A DNA stretch of 64,000 bases from a bacterium. GTDB taxonomy: Bacteria; UBA8248; JACPRG01; G963555815. The notes under the pieces were generated by a model. It ran no database searches. It was not told where the DNA came from and saw nothing but the letters and a program-made list of their open reading frames with translations. Both the position numbers and the translations under genes were made by a program. This document shows, piece after piece, positions 39,638-49,197 of the stretch. How positions within the stretch are numbered: the stretch's first letter is position 1; the number at the start of each line of letters is the position of its first letter. The stretch lies in NCBI GenBank assembly GCA_965218795.1, contig OZ244653.1, forward strand, positions 608,001 through 672,000, in the 5' to 3' direction.

Positions 39638-40666
39638 TTGATTCAAAATTTCCGCCGTCCAATATTCCAATGGTTGCTCTCAGCGTTCCTCGCAGGATTG
39701 TGGGCGTTGGGGTTGTCCGTTCCTCCGGCTCGGGCCGAACCCGCAAAGGTGCGTGTCGCGCTCGGACCCTCCATCACGACGGACATGATTGGCCGCCACT
39801 TGCTCCGTACGGGTGTCTTGAAGAGGTGGGGGGAGAAGGCGGATGCCGACATCGAGCTCACGGCGAGCAGGAACGCGAACATCCTCCTGGCCCAGAATAA
39901 GGCGGACATTGTCCTGTTGAGCACCATCGACGTAGCCCGGCTGGTACTGAACGATAAGCTGGAAATCGTTATTTGGGGGAAGGAATCAACCTCCTACGAA
40001 TCTTTTTATTCCAAGAGCGGACAGCCGGGGGACCTTCCCCTGGACTTCAAAGGGAAGCGGCTGGTTCATCCAGGCTGGAATACCCGGGGTACGCGTATCG
40101 GTCAGATCCTTCTGAAAAGCTTCTGGGGGCTGGACGCCGGGGCCGACTTCCAGGTCGTTACCGTTCCCTGGCGAATCGGGCCGGAAAAACTCCTTGAGGA
40201 TGAAGCGGATCTCGCCATCAACACCATGCCTTTTGTTCTCAACGGATTGCAGAAGGGGGTTCTCAGGAAAGTCGGGAAGAGCTTTGCCGGGCATTGGGCC
40301 GATTTGCGCGGAAACGGCAGAAGGCTGGGGGGGCTCTTCTGGGTTTCTTGGCAGAGCTGGTTGCAACGGGAGAGAAAAAGGGCGTTTGCGCTGCTGGGTG
40401 CATGGGCCGAAGGCATGCAGTATAGCCATACTGATACAGAGACGTGGGTCCGGGAGTATCTTCCGCTGGTCATGCGCGGGGCCGATAAGGAGAGCGTCCG
40501 ATTTTTCCTGGACTGGGTCCGGAGAGAACAGCCTGTCTACGCTTCTCCCTATCTGTCGGCAGAGGATATCGAAGACGAGAATCAATTTCTGAGGCTCGCG
40601 GTTCAGAGCAAGCTGATCCGCAGGATGCCGGATCGTCCGATTTGGGAGGTGGTCCGGCCGCGATAG
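39638..40666 (+). CDS. ABC transporter substrate-binding protein (NitT/TauT-like, divergent)
   Basis: Signal peptide ARA-E; DFKGKRL; periplasmic binding protein type 2-like pattern. Confidence 0.65.
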   Translation: MIQNFRRPIFQWLLSAFLAGLWALGLSVPPARAEPAKVRVALGPSITTDMIGRHLLRTGVLKRWGEKADADIELTASRNANILLAQNKADIVLLSTIDVARLVLNDKLEIVIWGKESTSYESFYSKSGQPGDLPLDFKGKRLVHPGWNTRGTRIGQILLKSFWGLDAGADFQVVTVPWRIGPEKLLEDEADLAINTMPFVLNGLQKGVLRKVGKSFAGHWADLRGNGRRLGGLFWVSWQSWLQRERKRAFALLGAWAEGMQYSHTDTETWVREYLPLVMRGADKESVRFFLDWVRREQPVYASPYLSAEDIEDENQFLRLAVQSKLIRRMPDRPIWEVVRPR

Positions 40667-40884
40667 GGAAATCGTCACGCTGAGAGCCTTGCTCTGTGAC
40701 ACTTCCATGCCGATATTCGGCCCTGCGGTTGGATTGCAGATTGACCTCCTCCACCCCTTTTGATAGTTTCCAAGTAGTGCCCACTTAAGCAATCCGCGCG
40801 CAAAGAGCAGATCAAGAATAAGCGGGTGCTCGGCCTCGCTCCGAAGGGCTGAGAATTTCCTATTGAATCAAAAGGGAAGAATCG

Positions 40885-42069
40885 ATGAGGGACGTGGTTA
40901 TCGTCGGCGGCGTGAGGACGCCGGGTGCAAAATTCGGCGGGACCCTGAAGGATGCGCCCGTCCCGGAACTGGGCGCCCTGGTGGTCAAGGAAGTCATTGA
41001 CCGGTCGGGAATTGACCCGAAGACGATTGAGGAAGTGATTTTCGGAAACGGCTGGCAGACGGGCGTAGGCCCTAATCCGGCCCGCTTGGTGTCCGTCAAG
41101 GGCGGAGTCCCCGAGAGCGCTCCCGCATACACGGTCAACAAGAGATGTGGTTCCAGCCTCAAAACGATTATTCTCGGGACTCAGGCCATCCGCTCCGGCG
41201 ACGCGGACACTGTCCTCGTCGGAGGGGTTGAAAATACCAGCCGGGTGCCGTTCATCGTTCAAAATGCCCGCTGGGGACTGCGTCAGGGTCATGGGGAGTT
41301 GGTGGATCTGACCCATCAGGACGGCTATGTGTGTGGCCTGGTCGGGGAAATCATGGGTTCCACGGCCGAGACACTGGCCGTTCAATATGCCATCAGCCGA
41401 GATGAACAGGACGATTTTGCTCTTCGGAGTCACGAAAAGGCCCTGGCCGCAATCGAAAAAGGGTATTTTGAGGAGGAGGTCGTACGAGTCCCTTTGAACG
41501 GAAAGAAGAAAGGTCCCGAGAGTTTTGATGTGGACGAGATTCCCAGAGGTGACATATCGCTGGAAAGGCTGGGCAGGCTCAAGCCGATCTTCAAGAAAGA
41601 TGGAACGGTAACGGCGGGCAATGCTTGCGCGCAGTGCGATGCTGCATCGGCTCTCATCCTGATGGCTGGCGAGCGGGCGGCGGAGCTTGGGATCGATCCG
41701 ATGGCGAAGATCGTCGGCTATGGAAGCGCGGGTGTGGACCCGAAGGTCATGGGAATTGGGCCTGTTCCCGCGGCCCAGCAGGCCCTCGAGAAGGCCGGGA
41801 TGACGCTCGAGCAGATGGACCTCATTGAAGTCAATGAGGCCTTTGCCGCGCGAGTGATTGCCGTCGAGCGTGAATTGAAGTGGGACCGGGACCGCGTCAA
41901 CGTGCATGGCGGGGCCATCGCATTGGGGCACCCGGTCGGTGCGACCGGCGGGAAAATCACGGTGACGCTCCTGCACGCGCTGAAACGGTACGACAAAACC
42001 CTTGGGATGGCGACGCTCTGCATCGGGGGCGGGCAGGGAGTGGCCATCATTTTTGAACGACAGAACTGA
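40885..42069 (+). CDS. Acetyl-CoA C-acetyltransferase (thiolase)
   Basis: NKRCGSS, NEAFA, GHPVGATG, LCIGGGQG; TTGACC-N17-TAGTTT upstream. Confidence 0.95.
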   Translation: MRDVVIVGGVRTPGAKFGGTLKDAPVPELGALVVKEVIDRSGIDPKTIEEVIFGNGWQTGVGPNPARLVSVKGGVPESAPAYTVNKRCGSSLKTIILGTQAIRSGDADTVLVGGVENTSRVPFIVQNARWGLRQGHGELVDLTHQDGYVCGLVGEIMGSTAETLAVQYAISRDEQDDFALRSHEKALAAIEKGYFEEEVVRVPLNGKKKGPESFDVDEIPRGDISLERLGRLKPIFKKDGTVTAGNACAQCDAASALILMAGERAAELGIDPMAKIVGYGSAGVDPKVMGIGPVPAAQQALEKAGMTLEQMDLIEVNEAFAARVIAVERELKWDRDRVNVHGGAIALGHPVGATGGKITVTLLHALKRYDKTLGMATLCIGGGQGVAIIFERQN

Positions 42070-42112
42070 GCCGGCCGGTTCTTCCTCTCTTGATTCATAA
42101 AGGACGCGCCGA

Positions 42113-42967
42113 ATGACGGTAAGCCACCTTTTCGTCGCTGGGGCGGGGCAGATGGGCGCGGGAATCGCTCAACTCGCCGCCCAGGCGGGAATCCGGGCGA
42201 CCTTGATGGACGTCAACGAAAAACTGGCCCGCAGCGGCGTCGCACGAATGGAGGAGTCCCTTCAACGCCGGGTCGACAAGGGAAAGATGAGCGGAGAGGA
42301 GAGGGAAGGCATCCTGTCGCGAATCGATGTTGCCGACCGTTTATCGGAGGCGGGCCCCAGTGATTTTGTCATCGAGGCCGTGATCGAGAATATCGAGATC
42401 AAAAAGAAGGTGTTTGCCGATCTGGATGAAGTGACGCACGAAAATGCCGTACTTGCGAGCAACACGACGGCCCTTTCAATCAGCGAAATCGCATCCGCGA
42501 CGAAACGGCCTGAGCGGGTCATCGGGATGCACTTTTTCAATCCGCCCGTTGTCATGAAACTGGTCGAAATCATCCCCGGAATCGCGACGGACTCTCGGGT
42601 CGTGGATGCGACGCGCGAATTGGCCGTGACCCTGGGAAAGGATCCTGTGGTGACGAAAATCGAGACCCCGGCAGGCATTGTCAGCCGGGTTCTCGCGGGA
42701 TTATTGAACGAGGCGGTCCTGGTTTACGAGTCTGGTGTCGCCTCAGTGGAGGATGTCGATAAGGCCATGAAGATGGGCACCAATATGCCTATGGGTCCAC
42801 TGGCCCTGCTCGACCTGATTGGTCTGGATGTCCATTTGGCGAAGATGGAGACTTTACACCGTGAATTGGGCGACTCGCGGTACCGGACGCCCTATCTGGT
42901 TCGGAAGATGGTCAAGGCAGGTCATTTGGGCGTCAAGGCCGGGAGGGGATTCTACGATTATACTTGA
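42113..42967 (+). CDS. 3-hydroxybutyryl-CoA dehydrogenase
   Basis: GAGQMGAGIA, EAVIEN, ASNT, GMHFFNP, PMGPL. Confidence 0.93.
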   Translation: MTVSHLFVAGAGQMGAGIAQLAAQAGIRATLMDVNEKLARSGVARMEESLQRRVDKGKMSGEEREGILSRIDVADRLSEAGPSDFVIEAVIENIEIKKKVFADLDEVTHENAVLASNTTALSISEIASATKRPERVIGMHFFNPPVVMKLVEIIPGIATDSRVVDATRELAVTLGKDPVVTKIETPAGIVSRVLAGLLNEAVLVYESGVASVEDVDKAMKMGTNMPMGPLALLDLIGLDVHLAKMETLHRELGDSRYRTPYLVRKMVKAGHLGVKAGRGFYDYT

Positions 42968-43024
42968 GCCAGCGTCCATAGTTATAAAATAGCAATAATA
43001 ATAGGTATACCAAATAGATATATA

Positions 43025-44173
43025 GTGAATTTTAATCTAACAGATGAACAAATATCAATCCGCGAGGAAGCCCGAACCTTTGTGGATGATGTCCTTGCGC
43101 CCGCCGCTCCTCAGCTCGCACGTGAGCACCGTTTTCCCCATGAGATCCTTGAGCAACTCGCGGAAAAGGGTTATTTGGGGGGACCGATCCCGGAGGAATG
43201 GGGCGGCCGTGGATACGATTACATCACCCACGGCCTCGTGGCGGAGGAGATTGGAAGGGGTTGCTCGTCGATGCGCAGCACATTTTCCGCTCACCTTTCT
43301 CTTTGCACGCTTCCGCTTTATACCTGGGGATCAGAAGAACAAAAAGAACGGTATCTTCGGAAGATGGCGAGCGGTGAATGGCTCGGGTGCATGGGATTGA
43401 CCGAACCGGATGCGGGTAGTGATGTCGCGGGGATGCTCTCCGTTGCAGAACTGAAGGGCGACCACTACGTCCTGACCGGGCGGAAAATGTGGATCAGCAA
43501 CGGGTGCGAGGCCGATTTGGCGCTCATCTTTGCCAAGACCGACAAGGCAAAAGGCGCGCGAGGAATCACGAGTTTCCTGGTGGAGATGGCCTGGGACGGG
43601 TGCTCTGCCGAGGAAATTCACGGAAAACTCGGACTGTGGTCGTCCAATACGGCGGAACTGATGTTCGATCAAGCGAAAATTCCCGCTGGCAACGTCCTGG
43701 GGGAAGTCGGGGCGGGGTTCAAAGTCGCCATGTCCACGTTGGATTTCGGCCGTTATACGGTGGCCGCGGGCTGCGTGGGTCTGGCGCAGGCGTGCCTGGA
43801 TGCAGTGCGCGAGTACGTCGCGGAATCGGGGCCGCCTCTATTGCGGGCGCGGCCGGAGGTTCGAGAAACCATAGGAGAAATGGTCAGGGATATCGAAGCC
43901 GGACGGCTTCTCGTAAGGCGGGTCGGATATCTGAAAAATCTGGAGGTCCGGAACACCCGGGAGACCAGTATCGCGAAATACTACGCAAGCGAATTGGCAA
44001 ACCGGGCTGCGACACACGCTATGCGTGTGATCGGAATGGATGCCAATACGGATAGATACCCCGTTGAGCGATTTTTGAGAGATGCCAGAGTGAACACGCT
44101 GTTCGAAGGGACTTCACAGATTCAGAAATTAATCATCGGGAGTCTCGAGTTGGGAATGCGCGCCGTCAGCTGA
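43025..44173 (+). CDS. Acyl-CoA dehydrogenase with divergent C-terminal FAD contacts
   Basis: GLTEPDAGSD, GRKMWISNG, KLG, FEGTSQIQ. Confidence 0.92.
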   Translation: MNFNLTDEQISIREEARTFVDDVLAPAAPQLAREHRFPHEILEQLAEKGYLGGPIPEEWGGRGYDYITHGLVAEEIGRGCSSMRSTFSAHLSLCTLPLYTWGSEEQKERYLRKMASGEWLGCMGLTEPDAGSDVAGMLSVAELKGDHYVLTGRKMWISNGCEADLALIFAKTDKAKGARGITSFLVEMAWDGCSAEEIHGKLGLWSSNTAELMFDQAKIPAGNVLGEVGAGFKVAMSTLDFGRYTVAAGCVGLAQACLDAVREYVAESGPPLLRARPEVRETIGEMVRDIEAGRLLVRRVGYLKNLEVRNTRETSIAKYYASELANRAATHAMRVIGMDANTDRYPVERFLRDARVNTLFEGTSQIQKLIIGSLELGMRAVS

Positions 44174-44226
44174 TGACCTCGAAGGGTGGTCGATAGAGTC
44201 GGATGATCAGAGGCAGCCGAAATCAT

Positions 44227-44751
44227 ATGAGACGAACGGCCCTAACCCTTGGATGTATCCTCTTCATCTCTGGATGCGGGTTCTCTTCGCGATGGGCTTC
44301 GGAGCCCGATCCATCGGATGATCGCTCTTCGGGCGGAGAGCAGACAGCCGCCCTTGAGCGCCGGCGGATTCAGCCGTGTCCATCGTTTCTCGATATCAAT
44401 CCTGTTCAATCAACGGTTCGGGGGGTATGGCTGGCGAATCGCCGAATTCCCTTTAAAATGCGAATTGCCGGGAAACTTCAGATCAACCCCGGTTTGCGGG
44501 ATGTTTCAGAGATTCTCCTCGTGCTGGATGACTGGCGCACCGATGCCTGCAAATCCAGGCGGACCGCGAAAGGAGCCGAGCGCGCGAAAATCGACCGCAA
44601 AATCGTGAAAGTAGATAATTACCTTCGTGCGTTCACGCTGGTCTTGACGATTCCTTATACCACCCGGGGGGAGGCGGAGGAGGAACTTCGAAAATGGGTG
44701 CGGGAGGTACGGGATCGCCTCCTGAGAGAGTTAATGCGTGGGACCGGCTGA
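44227..44751 (+). CDS. Hypothetical lipoprotein
   Basis: MRRTALTLGCILFISG-C lipobox. Confidence 0.65.
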   Translation: MRRTALTLGCILFISGCGFSSRWASEPDPSDDRSSGGEQTAALERRRIQPCPSFLDINPVQSTVRGVWLANRRIPFKMRIAGKLQINPGLRDVSEILLVLDDWRTDACKSRRTAKGAERAKIDRKIVKVDNYLRAFTLVLTIPYTTRGEAEEELRKWVREVRDRLLRELMRGTG

Positions 44752-44819
44752 GGGTCGTTGGCCCGATCAGTGCCGTGAGAGTGGACGCCGTGATCAGGGT
44801 ATCCTCGCTTGGGGATCGA

Positions 44820-45249
44820 TGCGAATGGCGAGGGCGGTTATTGCGGTTTCCTTGATCGTGGGAGGTTTCGCGTTGGGCCCGACGGCTTGGGCTTTCGTCC
44901 AATCCGAGTCTTCCTGCAAGAGTTTCCGACGGTCGTATAAAGGTGAAAGCGCGGCAGGGTGCTTTGCGAGATTGAAGAATTGGCCGCGTGCGTGGATGTG
45001 ACCAAGGATGTCATGGGTCGGCTCGAACTGATTCAGCGCCAGGTCAAGGACGCGGGCGAGAAAGAACTCCTGATCGGGGCCAGAAGTTTGATGGCCGCCG
45101 GGCTGAATGAGGCCCGGGCGGTTGTGGCCTATCAGGAATCCGGAGCGGACACGGCTTGCATTCTCCTGGGCAACGTTCAAACCCATCTTGCGAATGCGGA
45201 TGATACTTTTGTTCTCCTTCCACCCAAACACTGGCGGACCGATGCGTAA
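44820..45249 (+). pseudogene. Hypothetical exported Cys-containing protein, apparently frameshifted near 44965
   Basis: Signal peptide AWA-F in one frame; helical continuation EIEELAACVD... in the adjacent frame. Confidence 0.45.
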
Positions 45250-45416
45250 CGGGTCGTCAGCAGGTGAAACGAACCTCGAATATCGACCGTCGTCCAGGTA
45301 AGATCGTGCCACGTGTCTATCCGAGTGACAGGGTATTTTGAAGTCGGCCACAATTTTTCCTGTACCCGTTTGACCCAGAGGGTCTTCCGTGCATCAGTGG
45401 ACGGACTGGAGCGCCA

Positions 45417-46160
45417 GTGAGGATTCTCCTCAGTAACGATGACGGTATCGATTCCGCCGGTTTGAAATCCCTGTATGACGCTCTGAGCGAGGATCATCAG
45501 GTTGTGGTCGTCGCTCCTGACAGGGAGAGAAGCGCGGCCGGGCATTCGCTCACGCTCCATCGTCCCCTCCGAGTCCAGGAAGTCAGCCAAGGCTGGTATT
45601 CAGTCGACGGCACGCCGACCGATTGTGTCCACTTGGCGCTGAACGGCCTTCTTTGCGGGTCGCGGCCGGAGATGGTCGTGGCAGGCATCAACATGGGAGC
45701 CAATCTTGGCAGCGATATCACATATTCCGGGACCGTGGCGGCTGCGATCGAAGGCACACTATCCGGCGTGCCGTCGATCGCTGTATCGCTGGCCTCCCGG
45801 GGGCCCTTTGAGTTCGGACCGGCTGCGGAATTGACGGCCAACCTCGTCTCAATTGTTGCGGAAAAGACCCTGCCCGAGGATACCCTATTGAATGTCAACG
45901 TGCCGGATGTTTCAAAGAGGCCGATCCGCGGAGTCCGGGTGACCCGGCAGGGGAAGAGTGTCTGCGGCGAAGCCATCGTCGAAAAGGTAGACCCCCGCGG
46001 CCAGAAGTATTTCTGGATTGGAAGCGGGAAACTCGAATGGACGAAATGCGGCGATACGGATTTGGACGCAGTTCACGAAGGCATCATTTCCATCACCCCC
46101 CTGCATCTGAATTTGACCAATGAAGTCGCCTATCAAGAACTCTTGCAATGGAGTTTTTGA
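45417..46160 (+). CDS. surE: 5'/3'-nucleotidase SurE
   Basis: LSNDDGI, GTPTDCV, GIN.GANLG, YSGTV, ITPL. Confidence 0.96.
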   Translation: MRILLSNDDGIDSAGLKSLYDALSEDHQVVVVAPDRERSAAGHSLTLHRPLRVQEVSQGWYSVDGTPTDCVHLALNGLLCGSRPEMVVAGINMGANLGSDITYSGTVAAAIEGTLSGVPSIAVSLASRGPFEFGPAAELTANLVSIVAEKTLPEDTLLNVNVPDVSKRPIRGVRVTRQGKSVCGEAIVEKVDPRGQKYFWIGSGKLEWTKCGDTDLDAVHEGIISITPLHLNLTNEVAYQELLQWSF

Positions 46161-46214
46161 CTCCGGAGCAGTGAGAGATGCAGGGCGGCATTGATTTTTG
46201 ATTGATTCGGCAGG

Positions 46215-46937
46215 GTGCGCGGAGACCGAATGTTGAGATTCCCGTTTCATACGAACGGCCGGGAGAGGAAATGCAACGGAGAGGATTCCCCCTCTTTTGC
46301 CAGAGAGCGAAACCGAATGGTCGACGACCAAGTCGCCGCGCGCGGGATCGCCGACCCCCGCGTATTGGACGCCATGCGGCGCGTTCCTCGTCATCTGTTC
46401 GTTGAAGAGGCGCTTCAGTCTCGCGCTTACGGCGACCACCCGCTCCCTATTGGAGAAGGGCAGACGATTTCCCAGCCCTTCATCGTGGCCCTGACCTGCC
46501 AGGCCCTCGCCCTGAATGGATCAGAGCGGGTTCTGGAAATCGGAACCGGCTCCGGGTATCAGACGGCCATTCTGGCGGAGTTGGCCGAGAAAGTGTTCTC
46601 CGTCGAGCGGTTGAACTCGCTGGCGAGCGTCGCGCGCGAGCGGCTGGACCGCCTCGGCTATCATAATGTCGCCTGCTGGATTTCGGACGGAAGTCTCGGG
46701 TGGTCCTCCGAGGCGCCGTTTGACGGAATCGCAGTCGCCGCCAGCGCTCCTGGGATCCCACCCCCGCTGAAAGCCCAGCTTGGAGAGAAAGGCCGCCTCG
46801 TATTGCCGGTGGGCGATCAGGAGGAGCAGGCTCTGCTTCGGGTAACCAGGGCCGGAGACCTGTATGAGAGTGTTACGCTGAGCCCCTGTGTCTTTGTCCG
46901 GCTGGTGGGAAGACACGGCTGGACGTCCGGGGACTGA
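46215..46937 (+). CDS. pcm: Protein-L-isoaspartate O-methyltransferase
   Basis: VPRHLFV, GQTISQP, LEIGTGSGYQ; follows surE; start codon uncertain. Confidence 0.95.
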   Translation: MRGDRMLRFPFHTNGRERKCNGEDSPSFARERNRMVDDQVAARGIADPRVLDAMRRVPRHLFVEEALQSRAYGDHPLPIGEGQTISQPFIVALTCQALALNGSERVLEIGTGSGYQTAILAELAEKVFSVERLNSLASVARERLDRLGYHNVACWISDGSLGWSSEAPFDGIAVAASAPGIPPPLKAQLGEKGRLVLPVGDQEEQALLRVTRAGDLYESVTLSPCVFVRLVGRHGWTSGD

Positions 46938-47007
46938 TTTTTCAGCAGGGGTTGGCAAACACGAGGAAGTTTCATTAAATAAAATGGCATTGTCGGCGAG
47001 TGTCGAT

Positions 47008-47084
47008 CGGGGCGTAGCGCAGCCTGGTAGCGCGCTTGCTTCGGGAGCAAGAGGTCAGGAGTTCAAATCTCCTCGCCCCGACCA
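47008..47084 (+). tRNA. tRNA-Pro(CGG)
   Basis: CGGGGCG...CGCCCCG-ACCA; anticodon loop TTCGGGA. Confidence 0.95.
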
Positions 47085-47088
47085 TGGT

Positions 47089-47128
47089 GAAGGGGAACCG
47101 GCTTTTGCGTGTCGGTTCCCCTTCTTTT
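47089..47128 (+). terminator. Rho-independent terminator after tRNA-Pro
   Basis: GAAGGGGAACCG..CGGTTCCCCTTC hairpin followed by TTTT. Confidence 0.75.
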
Positions 47129-47170
47129 CCAGTTCTTCGGATTGTCTGACTTGGATAGCTTCCTGTCAGG

Positions 47171-47200
47171 TTGACAGTCCTTTTGGCCTTCTCCTAGAAT
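47171..47200 (+). promoter_or_regulatory. Sigma70-type promoter for the Gfo/DAHP synthase/AroE operon
   Basis: TTGACA-N18-TAGAAT. Confidence 0.6.
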
Positions 47201-47260
47201 TTCGGGCGTTTTTCAAAGGAAATTTCCGTTTTCTCTATCTCAATCTCAAAGGAAATCCTC

Positions 47261-48283
47261 TTGAAGGTTTTGCAAATCGGGCTGAGCGGATTTGGAAAAA
47301 ATCACGTCGAGGCGTGGGCTCGCATGGGCATGGCGGACTCGCTCTATATCGCCGATTTCAGACCCGAGGCATTCGATCTGCTCGCGCGCTACCAGATCCC
47401 CCCCGAGCAATTTTCAACAGATCTCGAAACGTTTCTGGGCGACGTTGACGTTGTGGATGTCGTCACGCCCTCGGACAGCCATTTCCCATTGTGCCGGACG
47501 GCCATCAAGGCGGGAAAAGACGTCTTCGTTGAGAAGCCGATCACGGTAAAGACGGAGGAGGCCGAAGCCCTCGCCCGGTTGGTGGGGGAGTCCGAAAAGA
47601 TTCTACAGGTAGGATACTATTACCGGTACCATCCGATCTCGCGGTTCATCAAGGAACGAATCGATGCGGGGTCCCTGGGCGAGATTCGCTACATCGCCGG
47701 GAACTTCCTGGGATTCAAGCGGGCGAGGAACGACGTCGGAGTGACCCACACCGATGCCATTCATTTCTTTGATTTGTACAATTGGTTTTTGGGGCCGGCC
47801 GAGACGGTATTGACGTCTGTTGTCCGGGACCATTTCGGACGGGGTCTGGAGGACACCTCGCTGGTGGTGCTCGAGTATCCCGGCGGAGCCATCGGAAGGG
47901 TGGAATCCGGGTACATCCAGCCGGGCCGGTGGATTGAGAAGGTGGTCCCCAAGGCGATGACCACAAAAGATCTCTGGGTCATAGGTTCGGAGGCCGCGAT
48001 CGTGGCGGATTTCGAGGTCGAAACGCTAACGGTGCACAAAGTCCGCCATGAGTTGATCGACGGCACCTGGACGGCGATTCGGGGCGGAGCGGAAACACCG
48101 GTCCTCGGAACGGCCAGTCCGGTCGATCAAATCATTATGGAGCTGGAGGCCTTTATCGAATCCGTCAAGACGCGGAAGCCGCCGGCTGCGGGGGTTGTCA
48201 ACAGCGGTGTGCACTTGGCCAAAATAATGGATGCGGTCTATGAATCCAGCCGGGAACGGCGGGCTATTCCCCTGAATCTCTAG
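47261..48283 (+). CDS. Gfo/Idh/MocA family oxidoreductase
   Basis: IGLSGFG, VFVEKP, VGYYYRYHP, DAIHFFD. Confidence 0.9.
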   Translation: MKVLQIGLSGFGKNHVEAWARMGMADSLYIADFRPEAFDLLARYQIPPEQFSTDLETFLGDVDVVDVVTPSDSHFPLCRTAIKAGKDVFVEKPITVKTEEAEALARLVGESEKILQVGYYYRYHPISRFIKERIDAGSLGEIRYIAGNFLGFKRARNDVGVTHTDAIHFFDLYNWFLGPAETVLTSVVRDHFGRGLEDTSLVVLEYPGGAIGRVESGYIQPGRWIEKVVPKAMTTKDLWVIGSEAAIVADFEVETLTVHKVRHELIDGTWTAIRGGAETPVLGTASPVDQIIMELEAFIESVKTRKPPAAGVVNSGVHLAKIMDAVYESSRERRAIPLNL

Positions 48284-48309
48284 AGTCGATTTGGGAAGGG
48301 GAGCGAGAG

Positions 48310-49173
48310 GTGAAAGACATAACTCAGAAGGATATAGAGAAGAATTTCCCGTTGGTGTCCCGTCGCAACGGCGGCGAGCGGAGTACCGTTCGCGTGGGAG
48401 ACGTGGTGATAGGTGGGAACCGGCTCGTGGTCATGGCGGGTCCCTGCACCATCGAAAATATCGATCAGCTCCGAGACATTGCCCGGCACGTGAAGGGTAG
48501 TGGGGCCGTCCTCCTTCGGGGCGGGGCCTATAAGCCGATGACCTTCCCGTATCGAAATGAAAAAACATTTGAGCTGGGCGAAGATGGATTGGCCCAACTC
48601 CGGCAGGTCCGGGAAGAAGTCGGGTTGCCCGTCGTGACCGAGGTCGTGGACGTTCGGTTGGTGGGGCAGGTGGCCGAGACGGCGGACATGGTTCAGGTCG
48701 GGGCGCGGAACATGCAGAACTTTCCACTGCTCGAAGAACTCGCCCGGTGCGGAAAGCCCGTTCTTCTCAAGCGGCACTTTGGTTGCAGTCTGCGTGATTG
48801 GCTGGGTGCGGCCGAGTACCTCTATCATTTGGGAAACGACCAAGTCGTGCTGTGCGAGCGAGGGATCGTCGCGCCTCATACGCACGAGCCGACGGCACGG
48901 TTCATTGTGGATATCCAGGCGGTACCGGCGGTGCACAAGTACTCCCATCTGCCCATCGTCATCGATCCCAGCCATGCGACGTTCAACCGGGAATTTGTTC
49001 CCTCCATCTCCAAGGCCGCCATCGCCGCGGGGGCTGACGGCTTGATCCTGGAGGTGCATCCGACACCGCAGGAAGCGGCCGTGGACCCACTCCAGGCGCT
49101 CAGCTATGACGTGTTCGACGAGTTGATGAGTACGCTGCGCACCTTGGCCCCGGTGGTAGACAAGTCGCTGTAA
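48310..49173 (+). CDS. Type I-beta DAHP synthase-like PEP-condensing enzyme (no regulatory domain, altered motif)
   Basis: AGPCTIE, RGGAYKPMTFPY, QVGARNMQNF, LCERG, DPSH, EVHP. Confidence 0.88.
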   Translation: MKDITQKDIEKNFPLVSRRNGGERSTVRVGDVVIGGNRLVVMAGPCTIENIDQLRDIARHVKGSGAVLLRGGAYKPMTFPYRNEKTFELGEDGLAQLRQVREEVGLPVVTEVVDVRLVGQVAETADMVQVGARNMQNFPLLEELARCGKPVLLKRHFGCSLRDWLGAAEYLYHLGNDQVVLCERGIVAPHTHEPTARFIVDIQAVPAVHKYSHLPIVIDPSHATFNREFVPSISKAAIAAGADGLILEVHPTPQEAAVDPLQALSYDVFDELMSTLRTLAPVVDKSL

Positions 49174-49197
49174 CCCCTCCGAAAGGAAAGATCCGCA

